Of a stretch of 64,000 bases of DNA, positions 12,606 through 25,200 are shown piece by piece (the first letter of the stretch is position 1; each line of letters begins with the position of its first letter). The stretch covers positions 39,928,001-39,992,000 of the forward strand of contig OX597831.1 of assembly GCA_951406725.2 (NCBI GenBank), written 5' to 3'. Under the pieces are notes generated by a model, which was not told where the DNA came from, did no database searches, and saw only the letters and a list, made by a program, of their open reading frames with translations. This DNA is from Octopus vulgaris. Its lineage: Eukaryota. The translations under genes were made by a program, and so were the position numbers.

Positions 12606-13473
12606 AGCACTGCTGCTTGCACAAATGGTATCCATTCGTGTATCTTCTGTTTTACTCTACTTTTTCTCTTTATTATTTAATAATGGATAATTCTTCTCTT
12701 TTACTCTTTTGCTCCTCCCATACAAATTTAGAAAAAAAGAATATATATTCTATGCTTTGGCTTTCTTTTCTTTTTTTTTCTTTTTTTTCCTTCTCTTCTC
12801 CTGTTCTTTAATTCCGCATGCCCGGATTCTGGCTGTGTTCAGACAGATCCAGTTTTGTCTTTCCCATTTTTTTTATGTCGTCATTATCATCACTACCACC
12901 ACCATCATCATCATCATCATCGCTATTATTATTATTTATTATTATTATCATTATCATTATTATTGTTATTATTATTATTATTGTTGTTGTTGTTGTTTTT
13001 ATTCCAACAGTTAGTTTGTTCTGCAACTGTTCATACATTCATTTATTCAGCTTGTATGCTGACTCTCCCCTAGGGATTGATACACGTGCATCCGTGCATA
13101 TGTGTGTGTGTGTATGTATATAATATTTTATAGATGGAGAATAAATTGCATGGAAACTTACAAATAATGAAGGAATAAAAACAATGGTCTTGTTAATAAT
13201 CAAGTTATGCAGCCATCTGTCACACATCTTCTTGCGGTTGTCGTGATGGTCTTCAGAATTTTCTTCTACATTTAACAGAAATAAATACAAAAAGTGTATT
13301 ATTATTATTATTATTATCATCATCATCATTATTATGTGAATCAGTGTGAAGCAATAATCTGTTTACTTGCACCTGCTTCTTTAATGTGTGAGCATGTTTC
13401 CTTTTATTAAATATTCCACTTTTAACTTTTTCATTTTTCAATAGTGTTCTTATAACGAATGTGTATATGAGTC

Positions 13474-13542
<69 letters not shown>

Positions 13543-14431
13543 ATGACATTATCATTTCAATATCTACTTCCCCATGTTCGCGTGGGCTGGATGGAATCTA
13601 GTAAGATGGATTTTTGTATAGCCCGGCGCCTTTCCTGCCACCAACCTACACCTGTTTCCAAACAAGGTAATATTCCCTTGTGCTCAGTCACTTTTCTTTC
13701 TTTCTTTCTTTCTTTCTGAAATGTCACAGAAGATGGGAAATCAACAACATTAATTCACAATGGTTATACAATTTCAAGACAAGGATGCACTGACAAGGAC
13801 ATGCACACCTGTATACGTAATATTGGTTCTTTCAGATATATATGTTATGTATGTGCAGGCATACATATGCAACCCTATACTGTTTTCTCCTCTTGTATCT
13901 GTCTGTCTGTCTCTTTCTCTCTCTCTCTCCCCCCTTTCTCTTTTTCTCTCTCTCATTGCTCACACGTGACCATCGTCCATCTTTCTTTCCTCATGTGATC
14001 ATCTTTCTTTTCCTTCAAGACTCTCCTAAGGACTGGACATATTCTACCTCTCTCTTCTATCTTTTCTCTTTTCAAAGAAAATATATTTCAAGCGTTCGTT
14101 ATTTTACCCTCATTCTGGTCTAACGACCCTCCATGTTTGTTTTCGTTCGGCTTCCTTGTATGTCTCCACTGTCCTGTTTTTGTTCCCAACTTTGACCCTC
14201 CATAAATCCAAAATTTTATTTTGGTACTTATGGGAGCAACTGTCTTCGAAGACTCATATTGTCGTTGAATGCTCAAAATGAGGAGTAGATAGACAGCTGA
14301 CAACTGATGAAGGGTCGTTCTTTGTGTTAATTGTCCTGTTTTCCATTTGTTTCTCTCGTTTTTTACGTTTTGAACTCATATGTTTTTGTATTTCATGTTT
14401 ACTGTTGGTAACGTCCTGTACCCATATATAC

Positions 14432-14481
<50 letters not shown>

Positions 14482-14499
14482 GGTGGACTCACCTGTGGA

Positions 14500-14740
14500 A
14501 GATGAACTATGAGCACTCAGCTTTTGCTGAATGACCTGCACAGATTTGTTTCTCTTCATCAAATTGGCATTGTCTGAACAGGTTCTCTGTGTGCCACTTG
14601 TCAGGTGTCGAAGAGATCGCGGGGCAATGTGAGATGAAGTGTTTTGCTCAAGAACACAACACACCGCCCTGTCTAAGAATTGAAATCACGATCTAGAGAT
14701 TGTGAGTGCAACACCCTAACCACTAAGCCATACACACTCA
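14500..14740 (-). mobile_element. tRNA-derived SINE family D (body type 1)
   Basis: Reverse complement of TGGCTTAGTGGTTAGGGTGTT head and TGTGTTCTTGAGCAA box; body matches 58375-58662. Confidence 0.75.
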
Positions 14741-14755
14741 TATATGTTTATATAC

Positions 14756-14808
<53 letters not shown>

Positions 14809-15031
14809 CACATATACATATTTATGTGCGTGTGCATTTTTACTCATGCATGTCTAAAACAGGTTTTTTTTTACTAAAACCCTTCCAGGTCGTGCCCCTG
14901 CATTGTTGCAGTCATATGATTCAAACTTGTAAAAGATACACACAACCACACTAATTTAATGCTCAGCTAGTTTTTGGGTGACTTATTTTTCAAGGTTTTG
15001 TTAGCAATGACTTTGAATTAGTTGCAATATA

Positions 15032-15073
<42 letters not shown>

Positions 15074-15557
15074 CTTATACGATTCACAATATGATTTTTA
15101 TTATTGAAGAAGATATTTCAAGCAAGGCCAGGAAGAATTCCAACCACGTTTCCTGGTTCATTACCGCAACAGCTCCTTTATAGGATCTAGTGGCAAAAAA
15201 CATCATCCGGAGGAACCATGTCTGGTTTTGGTCCCTACTCCTCTATCTTTTGCGATGTGGCGGGGGGGGGGGGGATAGCACTTTATCTTGATCTTGATTT
15301 AGTTTAATCCTTCTGCTCCAATTAATTCACAATGCACTCACTGTCAAAGAGACAGCTTTTCCCCACCCACCCCTTTTATTTATTTATTTATTTACTTTTG
15401 TGAATGTCTCTGGTATGTCTGGAATGCAACCAGTAAAGCTCTGGTGTCCCCCCACCAAAAAAGAAACAAACAAAAAAATTCAAGGCCTTGAAATACATTT
15501 TTTCAAATAATTAAGAGTTGGCATTACTCATTCCTGATTACCCTGAGGTGTATGATT

Positions 15558-15985
15558 TAATCCGTTACGTTGCTCTATTTCTGCAATTGTTTCAATTAAT
15601 TTTGGAGATAATGAAGAATTTAGTTAAAATACATTTGTCATTGTTAAGCTGGTATTTGGAACAAAAATTAACATGAAATTTTGAAGAACATCTTTTGTTA
15701 ATTCACAGCGCTCATATATCTCTGTCAAATGTGACGCTTATTTATTTGCATTGTTTCGAATTAAGCATGTATTAATCTTGTAGTTTTGAGATTCTGATGC
15801 TGTGATTGTCTATTTTGATAATGGCATTGTAAGGTTAGTGTGAGATGTCAGATCTGGCTCGCTTGGATTTAAAATGGGTAGAATATTTTGACTGGATATG
15901 GCCAGTTTAAATGCTAATGGGTTAAGGCAGGCAATATGCATTGTAGAACCAGGGGTAGTTTTAAGCTGGGTGTTATCAAAAGGCC
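15558..15985 (+). mobile_element. piggyBac-like MITE family 2, interrupted by a family 1 MITE
   Basis: TGTTTCAATTAATTTTGGAGATAATGAAGAATTTAG also seen near 16285; ends TATCAAAAGG. Confidence 0.55.
15702..15921 (-). mobile_element. piggyBac-like MITE family 1
   Basis: TTAA at 15698-15701 and 15922-15925; right end TTTAAATGCTAATGGG. Confidence 0.75.
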
Positions 15986-15987
15986 AG

Positions 15988-16473
15988 CCCTTTTGTTTCC
16001 CTATCTCTGTTGAAATACACTGCATCATCATCATCATCATCGTTTAATGTCCGTTTTCCATGCTAGCATGGGTTGGACGGTTCGACCGGGGTCTGGAAAA
16101 CCAGGAGGCTGCACCAGGCTCCAGTCTGATCTGGCAGTGTTTCTACAGCTGGATGCCCTTCCTAACACCAACAACTCCGTGAGTGTAGTGGGTAGTTTTT
16201 ACGTGCCACCGGCACAAGGGCCAGGGGAAGCTGGCAACGATCACAATCGGTTGGTGCTTTTTACGTGTCACCAGCAACTGCCTTTGTTTTAATTTATTTT
16301 CAAAATAATGAAGTAATTTAGTAAAATAACTATTGTAAGGTGGCAAGCTGGTAGAATTGTTAATACACAGACAAAATGCTTAGTGGCATTTTGTCCATCT
16401 TTTGATCACTTAAAAACAGGAAGTTTGTATCAGGGAACCTGTAGCAGCCTTGGATAGGTTGGTCTCAAAAGAG
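15988..16473 (+). mobile_element. piggyBac-like MITE family 2, interrupted by RTE and SINE-C pieces
   Basis: Starts CCCTTTTG, ends CAAAAGAG|TTAA; internal segment matches 15590-15640. Confidence 0.55.
16024..16276 (-). mobile_element. RTE LINE 3' UTR fragment (family B)
   Basis: Family B motifs; flanked by an ACTGC duplication. Confidence 0.85.
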
Positions 16474-16566
16474 TTAACTGCTGTACGATTCTCCACTGAA
16501 ATAATTACCGTTGTGCTTCAGCAGAATCGTCATAATGTCGGAGAAAATGGCTTGTTTTACATTATT

Positions 16567-16986
16567 ACTTTTACTTTTTTCAGTCATTTGACTGCGGCCA
16601 TGCTGGAGCACTGCCTTTAGTTGAACAAATCGATCCCAGGACTTATTCTTTGTAAGCCTAGTACTTATTCTATTCGTCTTTGTTGCCGAACCACTAAGTT
16701 ACGGAGACATAAACACAGCAATGGGCGACAAACACACACATATACACATACACACACACACACAGATATATATATATATATATACATACATACATACATA
16801 CATACATACATACATACATACAAGATGAGCTTCTTTCAGTGTCTGTCTACCAAATCCACTCTCAAGGCTTTGGTCAGTCCGAGGCTATAGTAGGAGACAC
16901 TTGCCCAATGTGCCATGCAGTGGGACTGAACCCAGAACCATGTGATTCGTAAGCAAGCAACTTACCACACAGCCACTCATGCGCCT
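16567..16986 (-). mobile_element. SINE family A
   Basis: Full-length reverse copy; same subfamily diagnostics as 1686-2080. Confidence 0.9.
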
Positions 16987-17120
16987 ATATATATGTAAAT
17001 TTATATAAATAAGGATAAGATCGTTTTTTTTTTTGTTATTGGTTTCAGTCATTGGAGTACATCCATGCTGGGACACCACCTTAAAGGGTTTTAATCACAG
17101 AAAATGGTCCCCACACACAT

Positions 17121-17530
17121 ATCATCATCATCCTGTTTTTCCATGCTGACATGTGTTGGACAGTTTTGACGAGGTTGCAAATCAAAGGACTGCACCAAAC
17201 TCTACTGTTAGTTGTGGCATAGTTCCTATGGCTTGATGACCTTCCTAATGCTCTGCACTTTGCTGAGTGTACTGGGTGCATTTTGCATGGCACCAGCACT
17301 GATGAGGTCGCCAAATAACTTGCAAGAGAAAAACCCCTCAATTTAGATGGGGGTGTGGTATTGGGGAAGTAGGGTTTGTGTCAGGTGATGTTAGATTAGA
17401 CTATGATGGGGGGACAGAAACATGTACTTTGCTGTTGAGGAGAAGAGAGAGAAGATAGAGGAAGAAGATGATTGTGATGTGCCAGGGCATGGCCTCAAGA
17501 TACAAGGAGGTGAATGTAAGTGGAGTGGTT
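17121..17530 (-). mobile_element. Older RTE 3' UTR subfamily with a longer UTR
   Basis: Family B 3' motifs; upstream part is the reverse complement of about 48160-48460. Confidence 0.65.
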
Positions 17531-17651
17531 TTCATCTGTCACAACACCTGTGATAGTCGAGGGATTACTGTATTTGCTGGCTGAGTGGACTGCGTGTCAC
17601 AGAGTATTGAACCCATTACCTTATGATCATGAGCTGATTACCTTAGCCACT

Positions 17652-17894
17652 GAACTTGACTTGAGACAGCATCCACCCGGGATGGGTTGAGCTGGCTTCA
17701 TTCATCCTCAATGCTGCATCTCTCACAAACGTCGACCAGACCTGGCGATTTGAGGCTAACGACCGCGTGATCTCCAACCACTCCTTATTCCAGAGGCGAA
17801 CACCGTAGATATGGGGTTTAGGTTGGGTTCCAGATTGGCCTTGACTGTCATCAGCCAGGTTTTTCGCTGTCCACCACACTGCTTTCACCAACAA
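17652..17894 (-). pseudogene. 3' end of a second RTE-clade LINE ORF
   Basis: Translation YGVRLWNKEWLEITRSLASNRQVWSTFVRDAA..ASSTHPG resembles RTE C-termini; followed by a CAAGTCAAGT tail. Confidence 0.65.
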
Positions 17895-18908
17895 GGAAGG
17901 TGTCTGCCTTCAGCACCTATCAGTCTTGTCTAATTATATCAATATTAATTGTAACTGCAGGGCATTGATATTTTGGTTGTATGCAGTATTGGCTCACCTG
18001 CTTTTCACAGACATGACCAATCTGGAAACAGCATTCAGCTTGAGAATGTCGAAACGGAGTTGGTGGTGGCAGTGATGAGGGGATAATGTACTTGGATTGA
18101 AAGAATCACAGAACAGAGACAGAGTGGAGGCAGCTCATATTGGTCTGAGAGAGTGCATTGTGTGTGTGTGTGTGTGTGGGAGGTATCCTCCATCTTGTAA
18201 CACTTGGTACTGAGGAGACATAGCAATAGAATTTTCTCTCTCTCTCTCTCTGCTTGCCTCTCTCACTCTTTCTCTCCCCCTCTCTCTATCACACCCTATC
18301 TTTTCTCTCTTCCACTCTCTCCCTCCAAAACAACAGGTGAGAAGAATTACTAAAGTGACTGATTTCTTTGGTGTTGGGTTAGGAAGGTGTGTGTGTGTGT
18401 ATGGGGCGGAGCTTGTCATGTGCTTTATTCATTAGTTTTCTTTAGCTTTTGTAATTTTTTTTTCATGCATGGCCATAGTTTTGTTTCTTTTTTATGATCT
18501 CCTTTTCTTTCTTTTGCTTTTTTTTTGTGGTTCTATGGATGTTGTTTTTATTGTATGTCTGTTTTTATATATTTTTTTATCTATATATTTTCTGTTGTTG
18601 AAAATAACAACAACAACCAACCACCATAGTAAATCAGGATTGAATCAAAAATAAATTCATTGAGCAGCAAAACATCTCCAGCAGCAACAGCAGCAGACAT
18701 AGAAAGTATGAATATGATGATGATGATGACCATAAGGAGGAGGAGGATAAGGGGGATGGGTTTTAGTCTTTCTTTTAGTTTTTGTCTTTTAAATTTTATC
18801 TTTATTTTATACCATTTCTTTGTATGTGTGTGTGTATATATGTGTGTGCATGATTTTGACGTCTATATCTAGCATATTGACTGTCCACTTTTAGTGGTCA
18901 GTCCTTTA

Positions 18909-18986
<78 letters not shown>

Positions 18987-19006
18987 ATACACATAGATAT
19001 ATATAG

Positions 19007-19868
19007 TCTTTCACTTTTTTCAGTCATTTGGCTGTAGCTCTGCTCCTGTACCACCTTTAGTTGAACAAATCAACCCCCAGGCCTTATTCTTTGTAAGCCT
19101 AGTACTTATTCTATTGGCCTCTTTTGCTGAACTGCTAATTTACAGGGACATAAACACACCAACATTGGTTGTCAAGCGATGGTGGGGGAGAGAGACAGAC
19201 ATACAAATGCATACATACTTATTGCTAAATCCACAAGTTTTTTGTTATTCTCTCTCTGTTTATTTCCTTGTGTTCCTTTCTGTTAAAGAGCATAGGCTCG
19301 AAGCATAAAAGACTTTCTCACTTTCCTGAGCAACAAACTAATACACCTGTTTGTTGTTTATACACCTGTCTTCGTCTTTTGTTTTTCTGTAAATTTCAGC
19401 TATATATATGTACGCCATTCGAGCATGGTCGTTGCCAGTCCCACCGGACTGGCTCCTGTGCAGGTGGCACATAAAAACTCCATTTGAGCATGGTCGATGC
19501 CAGTACCGCCTGACTGGCCCTCATGCCGGTGGCATGTAAAAGCATCCACTACACTCTCAGAGTGGTTGGCATTAGGAAGAGCATCCACCTCTAGAAACTT
19601 TGCCAGATCAGATTAGAGCCTGGTGCAACCTTCTGGCTCACAAGCCCTCAATCAAGTCGTACAACCCATGCCAGCATGGAAAGCAGACGTTAAACCATGA
19701 TGATGATGTACAATGCCCTTCTTTCAGTTTCACTCTGTCAAATTCACTCACAAGGCTTTGGTCGACCCGAGGCTATAACAGAAAACCCCTGCCCAAGTTG
19801 CCATGCAGTGGGACTGAACCTGGAACCATGTGGTTGGGAAACAAGCTTCTTACCACGCAGCCACTCCT
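19007..19868 (-). mobile_element. SINE family A split by Penelope-like and RTE insertions
   Basis: 3' half at about 19007-19215 and 5' half at about 19714-19868, split at the internal microsatellite. Confidence 0.75.
19415..19708 (+). mobile_element. RTE LINE 3' UTR fragment with ~65-bp subrepeats
   Basis: Two GCCAGT..GACTGGC..GTGGCAC/TG..AAAA units, then family B motifs and (TGA)n. Confidence 0.85.
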
Positions 19869-20629
19869 ATATATTATATATTTATTATATATTTATTATA
19901 TATTTGTGTGTGTGTATGTATGTATGTAGTTAAATGCATGGACTGTCTAATATATACATGTGTGTATGTGTGTGTTTAGTTATTTTTCCACTCAGATGAC
20001 TGCATGTCAAAAATAGTCTTTTCTTGTTGGATTTATTGGATAACTAAAAAAACCATTTCACACTAAGATACTTTTTTCTTTTTTCTCGCACTAATTTATT
20101 TTATGTATATAGTTATATATTTTTATTTTGTTTTTTACGTTTGATGCTATTTTCTGATAGACATGTAGGTGCATTGTGAAAGGGCAGGAGAGTTTGGCAG
20201 GGAACGGCGGTGGCATGAGTAGGGGAGTTATCGAGAAGTATGCAACTACTATTGCATTTGTATAAATGATAATAATAATAATAATAATAATAATAAGGAT
20301 AATGATAATAATAATAATAACAACAGTGAGCAAATAAATAAATAAAAACCACAAAATGTTTAATTCCTATAAAATTGATTTCTCCTGATTAGCCACAAAA
20401 CCAATTTTCTCTCCTCTTTCTCTCTCTCTCTCTCTCTCTCTCGTTCTCTACTTCTCTCTTTGGTACCTTTTCTGTCTTTGCTTTTTTTTTCTTTTAATTT
20501 TTTTTTGTTTTACCCCATTCCTACCACTGAACTAATACAATTGATGTGATTGATTTCCAGTACAATATTGATGCTGTCAGTATTCAGACTGCTCTAAAGC
20601 GATGAGGTTACCAATATATATATATATAA

Positions 20630-20698
<69 letters not shown>

Positions 20699-20721
20699 AG
20701 AGAAAGAGAGAGAGAGAGAGA

Positions 20722-21038
20722 GAAAACATGTGGGTTGCTGGTTAGAGTATCCGGCTCACAATCATAAGATGGAGGGTTCAATTCCTGGCGACGCGTTGTG
20801 TCCTTCAGCAAGACACTTCATTTTCACGTTGCTCCAGTCCACTCGTCTGACAAAATTGAGTAGTACCTGTATTTCAAAGATCCAGCCATGTCACATTCTG
20901 CATCACGCTGAATCTCCCTGGGAATAACGTCAAGGGTATGCGTGTCTGTGGCGTACTCAGCCACTTATATGTTAATTTTACAAGCAGGCTGTTCTATTGG
21001 TTGAATAGAACCCTTGTCGTTGTTACCAACTGAGGGCT
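20722..21038 (+). mobile_element. SINE family D (body type 2)
   Basis: TGGTTAGAG..GGTTCAATTCC head; TGTGTCCTTCAGCAAGACACTTCATTTTCACGTTGCTCCAG shared with 45624 and 34200. Confidence 0.75.
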
Positions 21039-22109
21039 AATTCTGTGTGTGTGTATTTTGTACACATCTAAATCTTGTATGACTCTATTATTCTTTCTTT
21101 CTCTTCATGCTCAGTTTCCTCCTCTTTCATTTTTTTCGCCCCCTCCTTAATTCTTCTATCCCTCTGCCTCTACCTCTCTCTCTCTTCTCTCCTTACATGA
21201 CTAGTGTTTGGCCAGGCCTGGACTTTCTTGGTTCAATTACCATCCATGCAACATCTATATTCCTCCCTGTGCCTGTTAAATCTTATGTCCCTGCTGTAAG
21301 GCTTTACTCCCATACATGCCAGCTTAATTTAATTCGTCCTTAGTTGAAAGACACCTGTTGTCATGTCCTGTTATTTGTATTTGTGTAACATTTCTCTGTC
21401 CTTGTTTTTGTATACATTCGCTGCTTTCTTCCAAGGAACCTAATGCACTTAGCTTATCTTTTCCTTTGGGCTGGCCAGATTGGAGCAATCTCGAGTATAA
21501 CCAGCTGAAATTGTAAAGATAATCTGGAACTTGACTGAGGATAGAAAACTCCAAATGGCCCGTCCTTGTTTTCCTTGTATCGTCTTTCTGGACGTTTTGT
21601 TCTCTCTTTTTTTGTATCACCTAACTGTCTGGATGTTTTGCATTCTTGTCCCATTTTTGTATTATATATGTATATATATATAGATATTGATCATTATTTT
21701 ATGTCCATTTTATTGCTTGTATGGGTTAGACTGTTTGATTTGAGCTGGTAAGACAGTGGACTGTGCCTGGTTCCAACATGTGCTTTGGTGTGTCTGCAGC
21801 ATCTAGCTTGTCTTTCTAATATCAACCACCTAGCAGAGTACACTGGGTACGTTTTCTACGTGGCACCTCAAATGTGTGTGTGTCCTGTGTGTTACTGTGT
21901 GTTTCTGTGTGAGAGAGAGAGAGGATGGGGCTTCTGCACTGTCTCTATCTAATAAATTTAACTGGAATGATGACATTAGTTGTCTTAATGTTGTAAGAAA
22001 AGCCATTGGTCACAGGTTCCACGCACATGGATTGAACCTGACACCACATGATTGTGAGATGAATGTATCGACCAGGCTGCCTTACCTGGTCCAATGCCCT
22101 CCTCCCCCT

Positions 22110-22640
22110 GCTTGCCGAATACTCAGGACGTCAAACAAAATATTTACTGACATTTAGTTGTAGCATGCTTAGTGGCATTTCAATACTTAGGACATCAGAC
22201 GGAATTCTTAATAGCACTCTTCTTCTTTTGGTAGAATCCTTGGCATGTCAGACGAAATGCTTAATGGCATTTCATCTGTCTTTGTTCTGAATTCAAATCC
22301 CACCAAGGTCAGCTCTGACCTTCATCCTTTTTGGCATTGATGAAATAAGTACCAGTTGAGCAGTGGAGGTCAGTGTAATCAACTTAGTCCCTCTGCTGAA
22401 GTGCCTGGCCACGTGCGAAAATTCGGAATCATCATTGTTATCATCAAGGCAGCAATCTGACCGAATCTTTAGCAGCATTTCGTCTATTTTTATGTTATCA
22501 GTTCAAATTCCGCCGAGGTTTGCCTCTCAGACTTTTGGGGTCAATAAATTAAGTACCAGTTGAGTACTAGGGTTGATGTAATCAACTTAACCTGTCCCCC
22601 AAATTTTCAGGCCTGACGTCTATAGCAGGAAAGATTATTA
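22110..22640 (+). mobile_element. SINE-C tandem array
   Basis: Several heads plus two complete bodies. Confidence 0.75.
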
Positions 22641-22669
22641 GCATCATCACAACAACAACAATAATAATA

Positions 22670-23140
22670 ATAATAATTCCTTTCTACTGGAGGCACAAGG
22701 CCTCAAATTTGGTAGGAAGGGACTAGTTGATTGCATTGGCCCCATTGTTTCACTGGTACTTAAGTTACCAACCCTGAAAGGATGAAAGGCAAAATCGACC
22801 CCGGCAGAATTTGAACTCTGAATGTAGCAATGGGTGGAATACTGTTAAGCATTTTTGCCCAGCGTGCTAACGACCCTGCCAGCATGCTGCCACAATGATG
22901 ATGATGATGATGACAATGATGATCCTTTCTACTGGAAGCACAGGGCCTCAAATTTGGAGGGAAGGGATTAAGTTGATAACATTGACCTCAGTGCGTGACT
23001 GGTACTTATTTAATCGACTCCAAGAGGATGAAAGGCAAAGTCGACCCTGGCGGGATTTGAACTCAGAATGTAGCGATGGGTGAAATACCGCTAAGCATTT
23101 TGCCTGGCGTGCTAACGACTCTGCCAGCTCACTGCCTTAA
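22670..23140 (-). mobile_element. SINE-C tandem pair, reverse strand
   Basis: Two full reverse units containing CTGGTACTT..GGATGAAAGGCAAA..TTTGAACTC. Confidence 0.85.
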
Positions 23141-23673
23141 TAATAATAATTATAATAATAATAATAATAATCATTGTTGCTATTTTTACTGCTGTCATTC
23201 TCAACTTCAGCATCATCATCATCATCACCACTGCAATATCGTCATCATCATCATTGCTACCATCCCCTTTATCATCGTTGCTATCAACTACATCATTTCC
23301 ATTTTTATCTGCATCGTCATTGTCATCATCACCGTCATCTTCATTACCATCATTAACCATCTCCACCAGCATCACTGTTATCATTCCCACCATCATTACC
23401 TAAGTTATTACACAATGATTGTAGAAAATGAATATGACAATTTTCTCATTTCGGCATTGAGGCCTATAGACAGGCTCAGTTAAATGTCACAGTCACTGCC
23501 TTGAAGCCTTGCATTCAATGGCCCATTCAATCAGCCATAATAACAACAACAACAACAAATTCTTTCAATAGTAGTAGTAGTAGTAATAATAATAATAACA
23601 AATTGTTTCAATGATGATGAGGATAGATTCTTTAATAAAAGTAGTTATTAATGGTGATCTTGAAGATTTCTTT

Positions 23674-23689
<16 letters not shown>

Positions 23690-23705
<16 letters not shown>

Positions 23706-23832
23706 TCTACTAAAGGCACAAGGCCTGAAATTTGGGGAGAATTACATCAACCCCAGTGTTTCACTGGTACTTGATTTATCAACCCTGAAAGGATGGACGG
23801 CAAAGTCAACCTCGGTGGAATTTAAACTCACA
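23690..23832 (-). mobile_element. SINE-C, 5' truncated
   Basis: (AAT)n tail plus body. Confidence 0.75.
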
Positions 23833-23851
23833 GTACTAACACAATATAACT

Positions 23852-24007
23852 GACGGTGAGTCTTCTCAAATACAGCATATTGCCAAAGGTCTTGGTCACT
23901 TGTCATTGCCTCTGTGAGGCCCTATATTTCAGGGTCACGCTTCACCACCTCGTCCCATGTCTTCCTGGGTCGACCTCTTCCACAGGTTCCCTCCTCACTT
24001 AGAGATC
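23852..24007 (-). pseudogene. RTE LINE ORF C-terminal fragment
   Basis: Reverse translation EGTCGRGRPRKTWDEVVKRDPEI*GLTEAMTSDQDLWQYAVFEKTHR carries the RTE GRPRKTW and DRxxW motifs. Confidence 0.85.
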
Positions 24008-25009
24008 ATGTTTCAGAACTGTGAATAAACAAGAGTAAATCTAAATGCTAAAAGATTAAAAGACCTAGCCAGGCCAATTTGGTCAACAATAGGCGCACCA
24101 CGGAACGACGGAAGAAAGCATTAGACGTGGGGCCATGACGAGGAAAAAGCAATTTGCAGCAAGATAGGTGATACCTTTCTATCGTAAAATCATAAACAAA
24201 GCTAGTGAACGCATTTTAAACTCCTGACCACTTCAGTGTAATTGCATAAGCTGCAACACGATTGCAGAACAAATTGCACTTGTTAAACAACACTGAAATT
24301 ATCATCATCATCATCATCATCATATCTTATTCTGTTGTTGTTGCAGTTATTAGTTTTGTTATTAGTATTATTTTGAAAATCACACGTGTGGATTGCTATT
24401 GTGTGTGTGTATGTGTGTATGGTGTGTGTGTGTGTGTGTGTGTGTGAACTTTAAAATTTTGCAATTGAAAATTTTTTTTCTTTTATCTTTTTCTATGCTT
24501 TTTTTTTACCCCCCGTTTTTTTTTTTTTTTTCCTGTTATTTATTTATTTATTTTTTTCTTTCCTAACCTAATTCTCAAATTTAAAAAGAAAATGCAATCT
24601 GTCCACTGAAATTATATTAAGTCTTAGCTCAGGAAATTTCACTCAAAGAATTTAAACAATGCCATAAAGAAGAAAAAATAACACAGAATAAAATCAAAAC
24701 AAAACTAATAAAATAAATAATTGTGAGGAAATTGATATTTTCTTTTTGTTTACTGTTTTTGTTCCCTTGATTCAAATTTCCTTTTTTTTTTAACTCTTTC
24801 TTCCTTCTCTCTCACACACTCTCTCTCTGTTTTTCTTAACCTGTTTCATTGTTTTTCTCTTTCTCTTTCTCTGTCTCCCTTCCTCTTTTTCACTCTATCC
24901 CTATGTACTTCATTAAGTGTGCTTCCCTCCTCTCTCTCCTCTCCCCTCCAACTACCTTCTTCATTAAGGATGCTTCTCTCTGTCTTTCTCCCTGTGTCTG
25001 TCTAGCTCT

Positions 25010-25200
25010 CTCCCTCTGTTGCCCTCTGTGTGTGTGTATGTCTTTCTCTCTCTCTGTTGCCCTCTGTGTGTGTGTCTCTCTCTCTCTCTCTCTGTTGCCC
25101 TCTGTATGTCTCTCTCTCTCTCTCTGTTGCCCTGCGTGTGTGTGTCTCTCTCTCTCTCTCTCTGTTGCCCTGTGTGTGTGTGTGTCTCTCTCTCTCCCTC
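25010..25200. repeat. Compound minisatellite CTGTTGCCCT+(GT)n+(CT)n, 5 units
   Basis: Direct inspection. Confidence 0.85.

Noticed and set aside
14295-14320. CTGATGAAGGG as a complete hammerhead
   Set aside because: No downstream GAAA or stem II partner
15135-15220. Minus-strand hammerhead-like arrangement (CGGATGA...GAAAC)
   Set aside because: Core mismatch, offset stem I and an unconvincing stem II
17995-18090. Acceptor-like CTTTTCACAG with short ORFs
   Set aside because: No recognisable protein or convincing donor
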